A stretch of 25,360 nt of DNA, from assembly GCA_040905565.1 (NCBI GenBank), contig JBBDRF010000060.1, positions 1 to 25,360 of the forward strand, given 5' to 3'. Origin of the DNA: Phycisphaeraceae bacterium. GTDB taxonomy: Bacteria > Planctomycetota > Phycisphaerae > Phycisphaerales > Zrk34. The notes below the pieces were generated by a model that was not told the origin of the DNA, ran no database searches, and saw nothing but the letters and a program-made list of their open reading frames with translations. The position numbers were made by a program, and so were the translations under genes. Shown here piece by piece: positions 9,065 through 18,016 of this stretch. Every line of letters begins with the position of its first letter. Within the stretch, counting starts at the first letter, position 1.

Positions 9065-9625
9065 GTGAGGCACGACCGCCCGCACGGCCTTGCGAAGTTG
9101 TCGCCGCGCTGCGCCGACCGCTCCCTCACGGCCGCGGCTCATGGTGGGCGACGCTCGGTCGGCTTCACGTTGCTGGAGGTGCTGGTGGTGGTGATCATCA
9201 TCGGCATCGCCGGCGCGATGGTGGTGCCGCAGCTGCTGGCGGCCGGATCGCTTTCGATCCAGGGGGCCGCTCGGCTGGTCGTCTCTGATCTGGTTTACGC
9301 CCAGAACGAAGCCGTGGCGATGCACCGCACGCATCAGGTTGTCTTCGAACCGACCGACGATCGTTATGCACTGATGGATGAGAACGACGCGCTACTGCAA
9401 TCGGCGTGGGTGGGCGGCGACTACATCATCGACTTCGCCAACGACAGTCGCTTTCGAGGCATCCGCATCGACGCGGTCGACTTCAACGGTGAAACCACGC
9501 TTACTTTCGACGAGCTGGGCTCGCCCAGCCAGGGCGGTTACATCGACATCGCCGATCAACATCAGTCTTATCGCATCCGTGTGGCGCCGTTCACCGGCCG
9601 CGTGACGGTCGCCCCTAAACCGTGA
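9065..9625 (+). CDS. GspH/FimT-like minor (pseudo)pilin
   Basis: RRSVG|FTLLEVLVVVIIIGIAGAMVVP prepilin motif, AARLVVSDLVYAQNEA helix, TFDELGSP and PFTGRV ending. The start is uncertain (GTG 9065 or TTG 9098). Confidence 0.85.
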   Translation: MRHDRPHGLAKLSPRCADRSLTAAAHGGRRSVGFTLLEVLVVVIIIGIAGAMVVPQLLAAGSLSIQGAARLVVSDLVYAQNEAVAMHRTHQVVFEPTDDRYALMDENDALLQSAWVGGDYIIDFANDSRFRGIRIDAVDFNGETTLTFDELGSPSQGGYIDIADQHQSYRIRVAPFTGRVTVAPKP

Positions 9626-9635
9626 GCTTCCCGCC

Positions 9636-10757
9636 ATGAATCTGCTGAACAACCTCTGGAGTTGGTGGTCGGGGCAGGCATGGCCGATCGCGATTGATGT
9701 GGGGGCGATGAGTGTGCGCACGCTGCAACTGAGCGGGATGGGGGCGTCGTGGCGCGTCGCCGCTGCGGGGCGCTACGACCTGCCTGATTCGTCGCGCACG
9801 TCGGGCGACCAACCGTTCACGCATCTGCGCGAGGCGCTGACGAGACTGCTGGATGCTGGCGAGTATCAGGGCGACGCGGCTGTCGTCGTGCTGCCTCACG
9901 CACTGACGCGCTGCGAGATGGTGACGCTGGACATCCCAGCCGAGGCCACGACCGAGCAGGCCCTGCGAGCCGCGGCACACACGGCGTTTTCACCCGAACG
10001 TGACCATATCCAATATTTGCCGATTGGTGGGGAAGTCGAGCAGTTCGGCGTGGACCGCACGATCGATGCGATGCTGCTGGCGGTTGATCGCGAAGTCGTT
10101 CAGCAACTTGTTTCGATCCTGCACGAACTTGATCTTGAACCTGCTGCAATTGAGCCTGCCCCCCTCGCCCTCGCGCGCTGCACGGCCCGATTCGCAAGGC
10201 GCGAGCGTGACCAGCGCACGCCGCAGGTGGTACTGGATGCGGGCCATGCCGGCACACGCGTGATGCTGATGCAGGGACGTGAGATTGTTGATTACGCCTG
10301 CATCGAAAGCGGTGCCGGGACGCTTGATGCCGCCGCGGCCGCTGCCCTTAATATCGACACGCGGACCGTTCGCACCTCGCGACTGGCGCACTGGCACCAT
10401 CCGACGAATCATGACGATGATGATCTTCCCCGCCGCGCTTTCGTCGCTGCCGACGTGCCGCTGCGTGAGCTTGCGACGCAGGTGGACCAAGTGCTGCGCA
10501 CGTTTGTTCAGCGGCACGGCTGCGAGCTGCCTGGCCGGCTCCGCATCACGGGCGGGTCGGCGTACGATCGGCAACTTGTCGACCATCTCGCCCAGCAACT
10601 CGGCGTCGAGGTGGTCCCAGCTGAGCCCCTGCATGCGATTGATGTTTCCAATCCCGCGTTGATGATCGAACGGCGGGGCACGCAGCCGGAATGGGCGACG
10701 GTGATGGGAGCAGCTTTACGCAGCATCGCAGTGGAAAACGTGAGGGACGCAGCATGA
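9636..10757 (+). CDS. PilM-like actin-fold pilus assembly protein
   Basis: IAIDVGAMSVR, AAIEPAPLAL, LDAGHAGT and ITGGSA motifs. First gene of an MNO(P)Q-like run. Confidence 0.8.
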   Translation: MNLLNNLWSWWSGQAWPIAIDVGAMSVRTLQLSGMGASWRVAAAGRYDLPDSSRTSGDQPFTHLREALTRLLDAGEYQGDAAVVVLPHALTRCEMVTLDIPAEATTEQALRAAAHTAFSPERDHIQYLPIGGEVEQFGVDRTIDAMLLAVDREVVQQLVSILHELDLEPAAIEPAPLALARCTARFARRERDQRTPQVVLDAGHAGTRVMLMQGREIVDYACIESGAGTLDAAAAAALNIDTRTVRTSRLAHWHHPTNHDDDDLPRRAFVAADVPLRELATQVDQVLRTFVQRHGCELPGRLRITGGSAYDRQLVDHLAQQLGVEVVPAEPLHAIDVSNPALMIERRGTQPEWATVMGAALRSIAVENVRDAA

Positions 10758-11410
10758 AGCCGCTGGACACGCGAGAGCTTTTCATCGATGTCGATTTCAC
10801 CCCGCCCAGCCTTCGCAGCGATCGGGCGGAGCGGGCGGCACGTCGGCGGGTGGTGGTCGGATCGCTGATGCTGGTCGCCTTGGCAGCACTTCTCGTGACG
10901 CAGACGTGGCAGGTGCGGACGCATCTGGCCGATCATCACGCCCGTCTCGTCGCGCAGCATGCTTCGCTTGACTGGCAGCTTGAGCAGACCGCCGACCTGC
11001 GTGAGCAACGCAGCAGCATCATTCAACAACTGGCGATAACCGACGTCTTCACGCAGGAACTCAGCTACAACCACGTCGCCCAGGCGATCGGTGAAGCATT
11101 GCCGCCGCGTGTTGCGTTGCGTCGCCTAGATGTCGAACGGGCTTGGCGAAGTCCTGATAAGCAGGCCGCCGCGGCGGGCAGCATGTATCCCGCTCTGGCG
11201 TTGGAGATGGCGGCTGTGGGGGACAGTGAGCGGGACCTGGCGAATTTCGTCGCCGCGCTTGCCGGGGATCGCTTTGACCGCGTGAGGGTTCTGGAAACCG
11301 CTGCCGACGAAGTAAGGCCCGGCGGGATGATCTATACCATCCGCGCCGAGGTGCCGCTTGATGACCTGACGCAGAGGCGTGACGAGAGGGAGATCGCCGG
11401 TGTCTATTGA
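10754..11410 (+). CDS. PilN-like protein
   Basis: ATGA overlap with pilM, VDFTP (resembling the INLLP motif), single TM, coiled coil, LPPRVALRRL and LANFVAAL. Confidence 0.72.
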   Translation: MKPLDTRELFIDVDFTPPSLRSDRAERAARRRVVVGSLMLVALAALLVTQTWQVRTHLADHHARLVAQHASLDWQLEQTADLREQRSSIIQQLAITDVFTQELSYNHVAQAIGEALPPRVALRRLDVERAWRSPDKQAAAAGSMYPALALEMAAVGDSERDLANFVAALAGDRFDRVRVLETAADEVRPGGMIYTIRAEVPLDDLTQRRDEREIAGVY

Positions 11411-12011
11411 GCGTGCGGATTCTTCTCAGCGATACGAGCGGATCACTGCGATCACGGTGGCATGTGTTGCCGTCGGAGCGGCGGTGCTCTGGTTCCTGGC
11501 CTGGCAGGATGCGCGCGAGTTCCGGCAGGACATCGACCGGGTGCAGGCAGATATCCGTGAGCAGGCGAATGATCTGCGAAGCGTGTCGCAGCTGACGCGT
11601 GAACTGCTCACGATGCAGCAAAACACCGATGAACGTGATGGGCCGCTTGCTTCACACGATGAGGCGGAGACGCTGCTGGATGCGATACGTCGGCGAGCGG
11701 TCGAGTTGTCACTCACCGAGCCCGAGTTTGAAGTGGCGGCGCACCATGCGATAGGGCCCTACCGAGTGGTGCCTGTGACGCTGCGTGTTGCCGGCGAGTC
11801 GGGGGCGACGCTGACGTATCTTCACGAGCTTGAGCAGATGAGGCCGACCGTTCAATTCGACCGCGTCCACCTTGAGACGCGCAGCGATCCCGCCGGCCTC
11901 GCGACGGTCCACCTCGACCTCGGTCTGCGGATCTACTTTTCGCCGGCCGACCCTGGAGATGGTGCCACGCTTAGTGCCGACACGCGTGAGCATGAAGGGG
12001 GTGGCCGATGA
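11400..12011 (+). CDS. PilO-like protein
   Basis: Single TM, coiled coil, VPVTLRVAG...YLHELEQM ferredoxin-like pattern. GTG 11400 follows the SD GAGGGAG. Confidence 0.72.
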   Translation: MSIERADSSQRYERITAITVACVAVGAAVLWFLAWQDAREFRQDIDRVQADIREQANDLRSVSQLTRELLTMQQNTDERDGPLASHDEAETLLDAIRRRAVELSLTEPEFEVAAHHAIGPYRVVPVTLRVAGESGATLTYLHELEQMRPTVQFDRVHLETRSDPAGLATVHLDLGLRIYFSPADPGDGATLSADTREHEGGGR

Positions 12012-12518
12012 GAAAGCGTCGCCTGCTTGCTCGGTTCTTCAATCGTCGACGGCAGACGCTCGGCCTGGGCGCGATGGCGCTCATGGCGGGCCTGCTCTTC
12101 TGGGGCCGACTGCTGATGCAGGACGTCCCCCGCACCGCGATCGCCGACCCGGAAACACAGCTTGTTCAGCGGGCGGCACCTTCGCACGAAGTTCACGCAA
12201 CCAAACCCGCGCCGCTGCCTGCACCGGAGCGCGACCTGTTCCGCTTTGAGAATCCGACGCCCGACGCGATGTTAAACCGGGCAAAATAGAAAAAGCAGGC
12301 AAGCAGCAAAAGTCCACGCCAAATTCGTCCGATGAGCAAGACGACGAGAGAAACGGTGATCCGACTCTCGCGTCAGAAGACCTCGCTCCACGGCCCACGG
12401 GCACGAGCGGCGAACGTCTGATGAGTCCGGGTCAATCGTTGCACGGCTCGGTCGTGCAGAACATTCGATCAGCAAATGGTGCTCCAGTGTACGGCGTCGT
12501 GTCGTCCTGGAGATTTGA
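12008..12518 (+). pseudogene. PilP-position gene: intact 93-aa N-terminal ORF (12008-12289) with an apparently frameshifted C-terminal remainder
   Basis: ATGA overlap with pilO, TM segment and RDLF, then stop at 12289. Other frames give KSTPNSSDEQ...GERLMSPGQSLHGSVVQNI and ...VVLEI-stop(12518), which resemble a PilP/GspC-HR-like beta domain. Confidence 0.45.
12309..12335 (+). promoter_or_regulatory. Putative sigma28-like promoter upstream of secretin
   Basis: AAAG-N15-TCCGATGA. Confidence 0.45.
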
Positions 12519-12564
12519 AAAATCTGGTGGAAGACGCGGTCCACCACGAAGGAGCGAAACGAAA

Positions 12565-14580
12565 ATGGTCAGCAACAAGCGAAGCATTCTGGCAGTCGCT
12601 TTTTTTTGCACCTCAGGGTGGGTCTGCAACGTCTCGGCAGGGGAGGTCGACCTGGGCAACCAGCTAGAGCCTGCCGATGCTGAGCCCGTCGAGACCGCAG
12701 TGACTGCAGAAGAGATCGACGACGACGCGGTGAAGGTCAGCCGCTATGACACGGTTTCGCTCAACGTTCAGAACACGGACCTCTCGCAGGTTCTTCAGCT
12801 TCTGAGCATTCAGGGTCAGCGTAACATCGTGCCGAGCCCGAAGGTCTCAGGCACCGTGACGGCGAACCTGTACGACGTGACCTTCCATGAAGCCATCGAT
12901 GCCATTCTTCAGCAGAACGGTGCAGGCTACATCGAGCGTGGCAACTTCATCTTCGTTTACACCGTGGAGGAGTTGGAGAAGATTCGCGATTCGGAGCGTG
13001 AGGTGAACACCGAGGTGGTTCGCCTGAACTACCTGACCGCGGAGGATGCGTCGACGTTCATTACGCCGCTGCTGAGCAACGTCGGGTCGGTGGCCATCAG
13101 CGGGCAGGTTGGCGCGGGCTTCCAGCCGACCGTCTCCGATGGTGGTGCGAACACCTACGCCAGCAGCGAAACGCTGGTGCTGCGTGATTATGCGGAGAAC
13201 CTTGAGGAAGCGCTGAGCGTGCTCGAGCAGATGGACACGCCGCCCAAGCAGGTGCTTGTCGAAGCGACCATCCTCCAGGCGAGCATCAACGAAGACCTCG
13301 CCTTTGGTGTTGACATGGCCATCCTCGGCAGCGTCTCGCCCAACGGCAGCGCGCTGAACACTGTGGGTGACATGATCACCGGCGACATCACCGACACGCC
13401 CTCGGGAGCAGCGGGCTCGACCGTAGGTAATGTGGCGGACGGACCCGCCGGCCTACGCGTCGGTGTCCTCACCAACAACGTGCAGGTCTTCGTTCGCGCA
13501 CTCGATCAGATCACGGACACCGTCATCCTCGCCAACCCCAAAGTCATGACGCTTAACCGTCAGCGGGCTGAGGTTCTTGTCGGCGAACGTGTCGCCTATG
13601 TTTCGACCACCTCCACCGCCACGGCGACCACGCAGACGGTCGAGTTCCTCGATACCGGTACGCAGTTGACGCTTCGTCCCTTCGTGGCGGAAGACGGCAT
13701 GATTCGAATGGAGCTTAAGCCCTCCATCTCCACCTTCGCCCTCCGCGAAGTCGGCTCGACCACCCTGCCCGACGAGATCACTCAGGAACTGGTCACCAAC
13801 GTGATGGTTCGCGACGGCGAAACCATTGTGCTCGGCGGCCTGTTCAAAGAAGAAACCACGATCGATCGCAATCAGGTGCCCGGCCTGGGCGATATTCCCA
13901 TCCTCGGCAACGCCTTCAAGGGTCGCGACGACACGGTGCGTCGATCGGAAGTCATCTTCCTGATCACGCCCCACATCGTGAAAGATCAGGCGCTGGCCCG
14001 TGCCGGTGCGCGTGCGAAAGACGGCGTGGAGATGACGCGCCTGGGCATCCGCGAAGGGCTGCTTCCCTGGAGCCGGTCGAAGATGACCGCTGGGCACGTG
14101 CGCGATGCACTGCACTACCTTGATGAGGGTGATCGTGACAAGGCGCTTTGGGAAGTGGACATGGCGCTGAATCTGGATCCGCGGATGAACGAAGCCCGCC
14201 GGCTGCGTGAGAAGCTCACCGGCGAGCGTGCCTACTGGCCCGAGCGGAGCCTGCTGGAAGAGACGGTGGACCTGATGGTTCGGGATCACCACGCTCAGCG
14301 TAAAGAATACCGCTCGCTGCCGATGGTGCCCGCACCTGGCCCGACGCTGCCTGATGTCGAACTGCCGGCCATCCCCGAGCCCGAAGAAACGACCGAAGTT
14401 CAGCCGGTGAACGAGGCCGACGAAGAGGTTGTCGCCGCTGAAGCATCTGACGAGCCCACCGACGAAGCCGACGCGGAAGCCGCCGAAGCCGAAGCGGAGG
14501 TCGAAGCGGAGGCCGAAGCGGAGGCCGAAGCTGAAGCCGACGCAGTGACGAACGTCCCGACCGAAGAAGAAGACAAGTAA
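12565..14580 (+). CDS. Secretin (PilQ/GspD family) with C-terminal TPR-like extension and acidic tail
   Basis: SD AAGGAG and ATG 12565 with a signal peptide. N0/STN domain (VSGTVTANLYDVTFHEAIDAIL), QVLVEATIL, DGETIVLGGL, VPGLGDIPILGNAF and EVIFLITPHIV motifs. Confidence 0.93.
   Translation: MVSNKRSILAVAFFCTSGWVCNVSAGEVDLGNQLEPADAEPVETAVTAEEIDDDAVKVSRYDTVSLNVQNTDLSQVLQLLSIQGQRNIVPSPKVSGTVTANLYDVTFHEAIDAILQQNGAGYIERGNFIFVYTVEELEKIRDSEREVNTEVVRLNYLTAEDASTFITPLLSNVGSVAISGQVGAGFQPTVSDGGANTYASSETLVLRDYAENLEEALSVLEQMDTPPKQVLVEATILQASINEDLAFGVDMAILGSVSPNGSALNTVGDMITGDITDTPSGAAGSTVGNVADGPAGLRVGVLTNNVQVFVRALDQITDTVILANPKVMTLNRQRAEVLVGERVAYVSTTSTATATTQTVEFLDTGTQLTLRPFVAEDGMIRMELKPSISTFALREVGSTTLPDEITQELVTNVMVRDGETIVLGGLFKEETTIDRNQVPGLGDIPILGNAFKGRDDTVRRSEVIFLITPHIVKDQALARAGARAKDGVEMTRLGIREGLLPWSRSKMTAGHVRDALHYLDEGDRDKALWEVDMALNLDPRMNEARRLREKLTGERAYWPERSLLEETVDLMVRDHHAQRKEYRSLPMVPAPGPTLPDVELPAIPEPEETTEVQPVNEADEEVVAAEASDEPTDEADAEAAEAEAEVEAEAEAEAEAEADAVTNVPTEEEDK
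14491..14538 (+). repeat. Coding tandem repeat, 4 x 12 bp (GAAGCGGAGGCC-like), encoding an (EA)n tract
   Basis: gaagcggaggtc gaagcggaggcc gaagcggaggcc gaagctgaagcc. Confidence 0.85.
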
Positions 14581-14656
14581 GCCCACTTCGTCGTCGGCCG
14601 GTTAACGCCTGCCGACGGCATTGCCATCGATCGACTACCTCTGAGGGAATTGACTC

Positions 14657-15853
14657 ATGACGCGAACGACGAGAAACAATCTGACGCTGCTGACGCTTGG
14701 CCTTGTGCTGAGCATCGCCGGTTGCTCGGGGCATCAGACCCGGGCCGACGCCAAGAATGCCGCTCAGGAGCGATGGGGCAGCGCCCGCGCCAACATCAGC
14801 TATTCGCTGGCTGAGCAGCAGTTTGAAGTGGGCGATCTGGACAAAGCCGAGAAGACCGTGAACGAGGCGATCTCCACGCATCCAGATGATCCGCGCTATT
14901 ACGATCTTTCGGCGCGCATCGCCATGGAGCGTGGCCAACTGGAGCGGGCCTATCGGCTGCTCGAGCACTCGATCTCGCTGGACGAGGAGCGTCACGAATC
15001 GCACTACCTCCACGGCGTGGTACAGCAGCGGTGGCAGCGGTACGAACCGGCTCTGGAGTCTTACGAGCAGGCCTTTGCGCATCGCCCCGATGAGCCTGCG
15101 GCCCTGCTGGCGGTCGCGGAGATGCTCGTCAAGCTAGACCGCGTGGACGAAGCGGTCGAGCGCCTTGAAGAGCGCCTCGCCTACTTCGCCAACAATGCCG
15201 CCATCCGCACGGGCATCGGCCGCATCCACATGATGAAGCACAACTACGCCAAGGCCGTTACGGCTTTCCGGGAAGCGTCGGTGCTTTCGCCTGAGGATCA
15301 GAACATCCGCGAGCTTCTGGCGCTGGCTGCTTTCGCCGACGAACAGTACGGCGAAGTGATTCGCCTGCTCGCGGGCATGCTTTCCGACGATGCGAACAAG
15401 GATCGTGTCGATCTGAAAATCGTTCTCGCCGACGCGTTCATGGCGACGGAAAACCCCGTTGAAGCCCGCCGGATCTTCCTCAGCATTACGCAGGAAGACC
15501 CGAACGATGTGAACGCCTGGATCAAGCTCGCCCAGGCATCATGGATGGTCGGTGACGATCCTCGGCTGACGCAGGCCACGGCCCGTGTGATCGCGCTCGC
15601 GCCGCGGCGTCACGAAGGCTACCTGCTTCGCGGAATGGCTGAGCACCGTAAGGGCGAAGCCGACGCCGCCATCGCAAGCTTCGAGCGTGCTTCGGAGCTG
15701 GCGCCCAGCAACACGCTTCCGTTGATCCTCAAGGGGATGACCAAGGAGCAGGCGGGCGATTCCGACGGAGCCGTCGCGGCCTATCGTGCTGCATTGGCCA
15801 TCGAGCCCGACGATCGCCGTGCCCAGGAACTGCTCGCCGGGGTGGCTGAGTAA
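14657..15853 (+). CDS. TPR-repeat lipoprotein (pilotin-like, cf. PilF/Tgl)
   Basis: Lipobox SIAG-C after a hydrophobic signal, many TPR-like helical pairs, immediately downstream of the secretin. Confidence 0.85.
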   Translation: MTRTTRNNLTLLTLGLVLSIAGCSGHQTRADAKNAAQERWGSARANISYSLAEQQFEVGDLDKAEKTVNEAISTHPDDPRYYDLSARIAMERGQLERAYRLLEHSISLDEERHESHYLHGVVQQRWQRYEPALESYEQAFAHRPDEPAALLAVAEMLVKLDRVDEAVERLEERLAYFANNAAIRTGIGRIHMMKHNYAKAVTAFREASVLSPEDQNIRELLALAAFADEQYGEVIRLLAGMLSDDANKDRVDLKIVLADAFMATENPVEARRIFLSITQEDPNDVNAWIKLAQASWMVGDDPRLTQATARVIALAPRRHEGYLLRGMAEHRKGEADAAIASFERASELAPSNTLPLILKGMTKEQAGDSDGAVAAYRAALAIEPDDRRAQELLAGVAE

Positions 15854-15895
15854 CTGGACGATGCGATCGCAGTGGCGCCAACGTAGGGCATCACC

Positions 15896-16288
15896 ATGCA
15901 GGAGGCTTTGAAAAAGATGATTCTGGTCGTCGACGATGAGTCGCATATCGTGAACGTGGTGAGCTTGAAGCTGCGCAACGCGGGGTTCACCGTGGTCACG
16001 GCTTCGGACGGCGAAGAGGCGTTCGAGCTGGCTCAGCAGTGCCTGCCGGAGTTGATCATCACCGACTATCAGATGCCGTTCCTGTCGGGCCTGGAGATGT
16101 GCGAGAAGCTGAAGCAGACGCCGGCCACCGCGCACATTCCTGCACTGATGCTGACGGCGCGAGGCTTCAGCTTAACGCAGGCGGACCTGGCGCCGACGAA
16201 CGTGGTGGGCGTGCTGAGCAAGCCGTTCAGCCCACGGGAGATTGTTAAACGGGTTCAGGAACTCGTCGGCACATTCGCCGGGCGATGA
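15896..16288 (+). CDS. Single-domain response regulator (CheY-like receiver)
   Basis: ILVVDDE, phosphoacceptor IITDYQMP, MLTA and KPF motifs with no output domain. Alternative start at ATG 15917. Confidence 0.93.
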   Translation: MQEALKKMILVVDDESHIVNVVSLKLRNAGFTVVTASDGEEAFELAQQCLPELIITDYQMPFLSGLEMCEKLKQTPATAHIPALMLTARGFSLTQADLAPTNVVGVLSKPFSPREIVKRVQELVGTFAGR

Positions 16289-16324
16289 ACGCTGAATCTG
16301 CGATCTAAATGCGAAGGGGTTTCC

Positions 16325-17974
16325 ATGACGCAACGGCTCGACGAGCAACTTCAACTGACCGAGGCGGACCTCGGCACGCGCTGCCGTGCGCTGGGCGTCA
16401 CGCTTGTTGATGTGAGCCCGGAGGGGCGCATCACCGCATCGCACCTGCGCGGAAGTGGTCCGCTTGAGCGGACGGTGGTGCATTCGGGGCTGTTCACGCA
16501 GGCGCTGCGCGAGCAGGCGAGCCGATGGAATGATGTCGATGACCCGCAGCCGGCTGCGCCGTTCAGCGGTTGCTGGCTGCTTCCGTTGCCGGTGATGAAG
16601 CGTCGTCGCCGTGCGGGTTATCAGGTTGGTGTTGTGATCACGGCCGACCTCGCCGAGAGCGAGCCCTTTCAGGCGTGGTGCGCGCTGGCGGAGCTTGACG
16701 CTCAGGCCGTGACCACGCAGTTGCGTCGTGATGCCGCGCTGGGACGCGCGGAGGTCGATCGCCTTGCTGCGACCATGCGGTGGATCGCTGGCGACCTTCA
16801 GCAGATCGGTCGCCAGCGCGACGAGATCGGGCATCTCTCGCAGCAACTTGGGGAAAGCTATGAAGAGCTGAGCATGGTCTACCAGCTCTCGGCTCGCATG
16901 ACGGTCACGCAGGAGGTCGAGGCCTTTCTCAGCAGTGCTGTCCGTGAGCTTCAGCAGGTGGTGGGCTTGCGGTGGATCGGGATGTACCTCACCGACGACG
17001 ATCGGCGTCTTCAATCATTGCGCGGCCAGGCGATCCTGGCGGGTCACAGCGACTGCGACAGAGAGGCGCTCACGGCCATCGGGCACACGCTGCTCCAGCA
17101 GTTCGGCGAGTCCGACGCTGCGGTCATCGGCGACGCGGCAGAGCTCGGCATCCAGGAACTGCTCCCTATCGCCAGGCGGCTGCTGATCGTCCCCATCGCG
17201 CGTGAAGGCAAGCCCCTTGCTGTGCTGTTCGGTGCGGACAAAGTCGGCGGTGCGGACCTGTGCAGTGTCGACAGTAAGCTGGTCACCAGTGCCGCTCAGA
17301 GCATGGGCATCTTCCTCGAGAACGCCATGCTCTACGAGGACGTGCAGGACATGTTCATGGGCACGCTGCACGCGCTCATCGCCACCATCGACGCCAAAGA
17401 CACCTATACCTGTGGCCATTCCGAGCGCGTCGCCATGCTCAGCCGTGATCTGGCTCAGGCTGCGGGTTTGCCCGCGACGATCGTCGAACGCGTGCACCTG
17501 TCCGGGCTGATTCACGACGTCGGCAAGATCGGCGTGCCTGAAGCGGTCCTCTGCAAGCCGGGTCGGCTCACCCGCAGTGAGTTCGCGATGATTAAAGCGC
17601 ATCCGGAGATCGGCGTGCGCATTCTTTCCGACATCCACCAGATGCACGACCTGTTGCCGGGCGTGCTCCATCATCACGAGCGATGGGACGGCAAGGGCTA
17701 TCCGCATCACCTGGCGGGCGAGGACATCCCGCTCTTCGGGCGGATCATCTGCCTCGCGGACAGCTTCGACGCCATGAGCACCGACCGCACCTACCGCAAG
17801 GCGATGCCGCTGACCGATGCGATGGCGGAAATCAAAGCCTGTGCCGGCGCCCACTTCGATCCAGATTTAGCGCGGGTGTTCACGACGCTGAACTTCGAGC
17901 CGTACCACGAGAGGGTGGCGGAACATCAGCGACGCGAGAGTCCGCTCGATCAGGCGATGCGGCGCGTCACTTGA
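16325..17974 (+). CDS. GAF + HD-GYP domain protein (predicted cyclic dinucleotide phosphodiesterase)
   Basis: IDAKDTYTCGHSERV, HDVGKIG, HHHERWDGKGYP, ADSFDAM and RTYR motifs, preceded by a GAF-like region. Confidence 0.92.
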   Translation: MTQRLDEQLQLTEADLGTRCRALGVTLVDVSPEGRITASHLRGSGPLERTVVHSGLFTQALREQASRWNDVDDPQPAAPFSGCWLLPLPVMKRRRRAGYQVGVVITADLAESEPFQAWCALAELDAQAVTTQLRRDAALGRAEVDRLAATMRWIAGDLQQIGRQRDEIGHLSQQLGESYEELSMVYQLSARMTVTQEVEAFLSSAVRELQQVVGLRWIGMYLTDDDRRLQSLRGQAILAGHSDCDREALTAIGHTLLQQFGESDAAVIGDAAELGIQELLPIARRLLIVPIAREGKPLAVLFGADKVGGADLCSVDSKLVTSAAQSMGIFLENAMLYEDVQDMFMGTLHALIATIDAKDTYTCGHSERVAMLSRDLAQAAGLPATIVERVHLSGLIHDVGKIGVPEAVLCKPGRLTRSEFAMIKAHPEIGVRILSDIHQMHDLLPGVLHHHERWDGKGYPHHLAGEDIPLFGRIICLADSFDAMSTDRTYRKAMPLTDAMAEIKACAGAHFDPDLARVFTTLNFEPYHERVAEHQRRESPLDQAMRRVT

Positions 17975-17984
17975 AGTTTCCGCT

Positions 17985-18011
17985 TAAGTCGGCCGGGTGC
18001 CAAGTCGATAT
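17985..18011 (+). promoter_or_regulatory. Putative sigma28-like promoter
   Basis: TAAG-N15-GTCGATAT, the closest match to the FliA consensus in the window. Confidence 0.55.
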
Positions 18012-18016
18012 TTCCC

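Noticed and set aside
9094..9120. Additional sigma28-like motif GAAG-N15-GCCGACCG
   Set aside because: The -10 is weak, and no in-frame start codon lies between it and the prepilin motif (ATG 9141 is out of frame), so it probably lies within the CDS.
12421..12564. Secretin start at ATG 12421
   Set aside because: The SD and signal peptide fit ATG 12565. The upstream segment looks like part of the PilP-like remnant.
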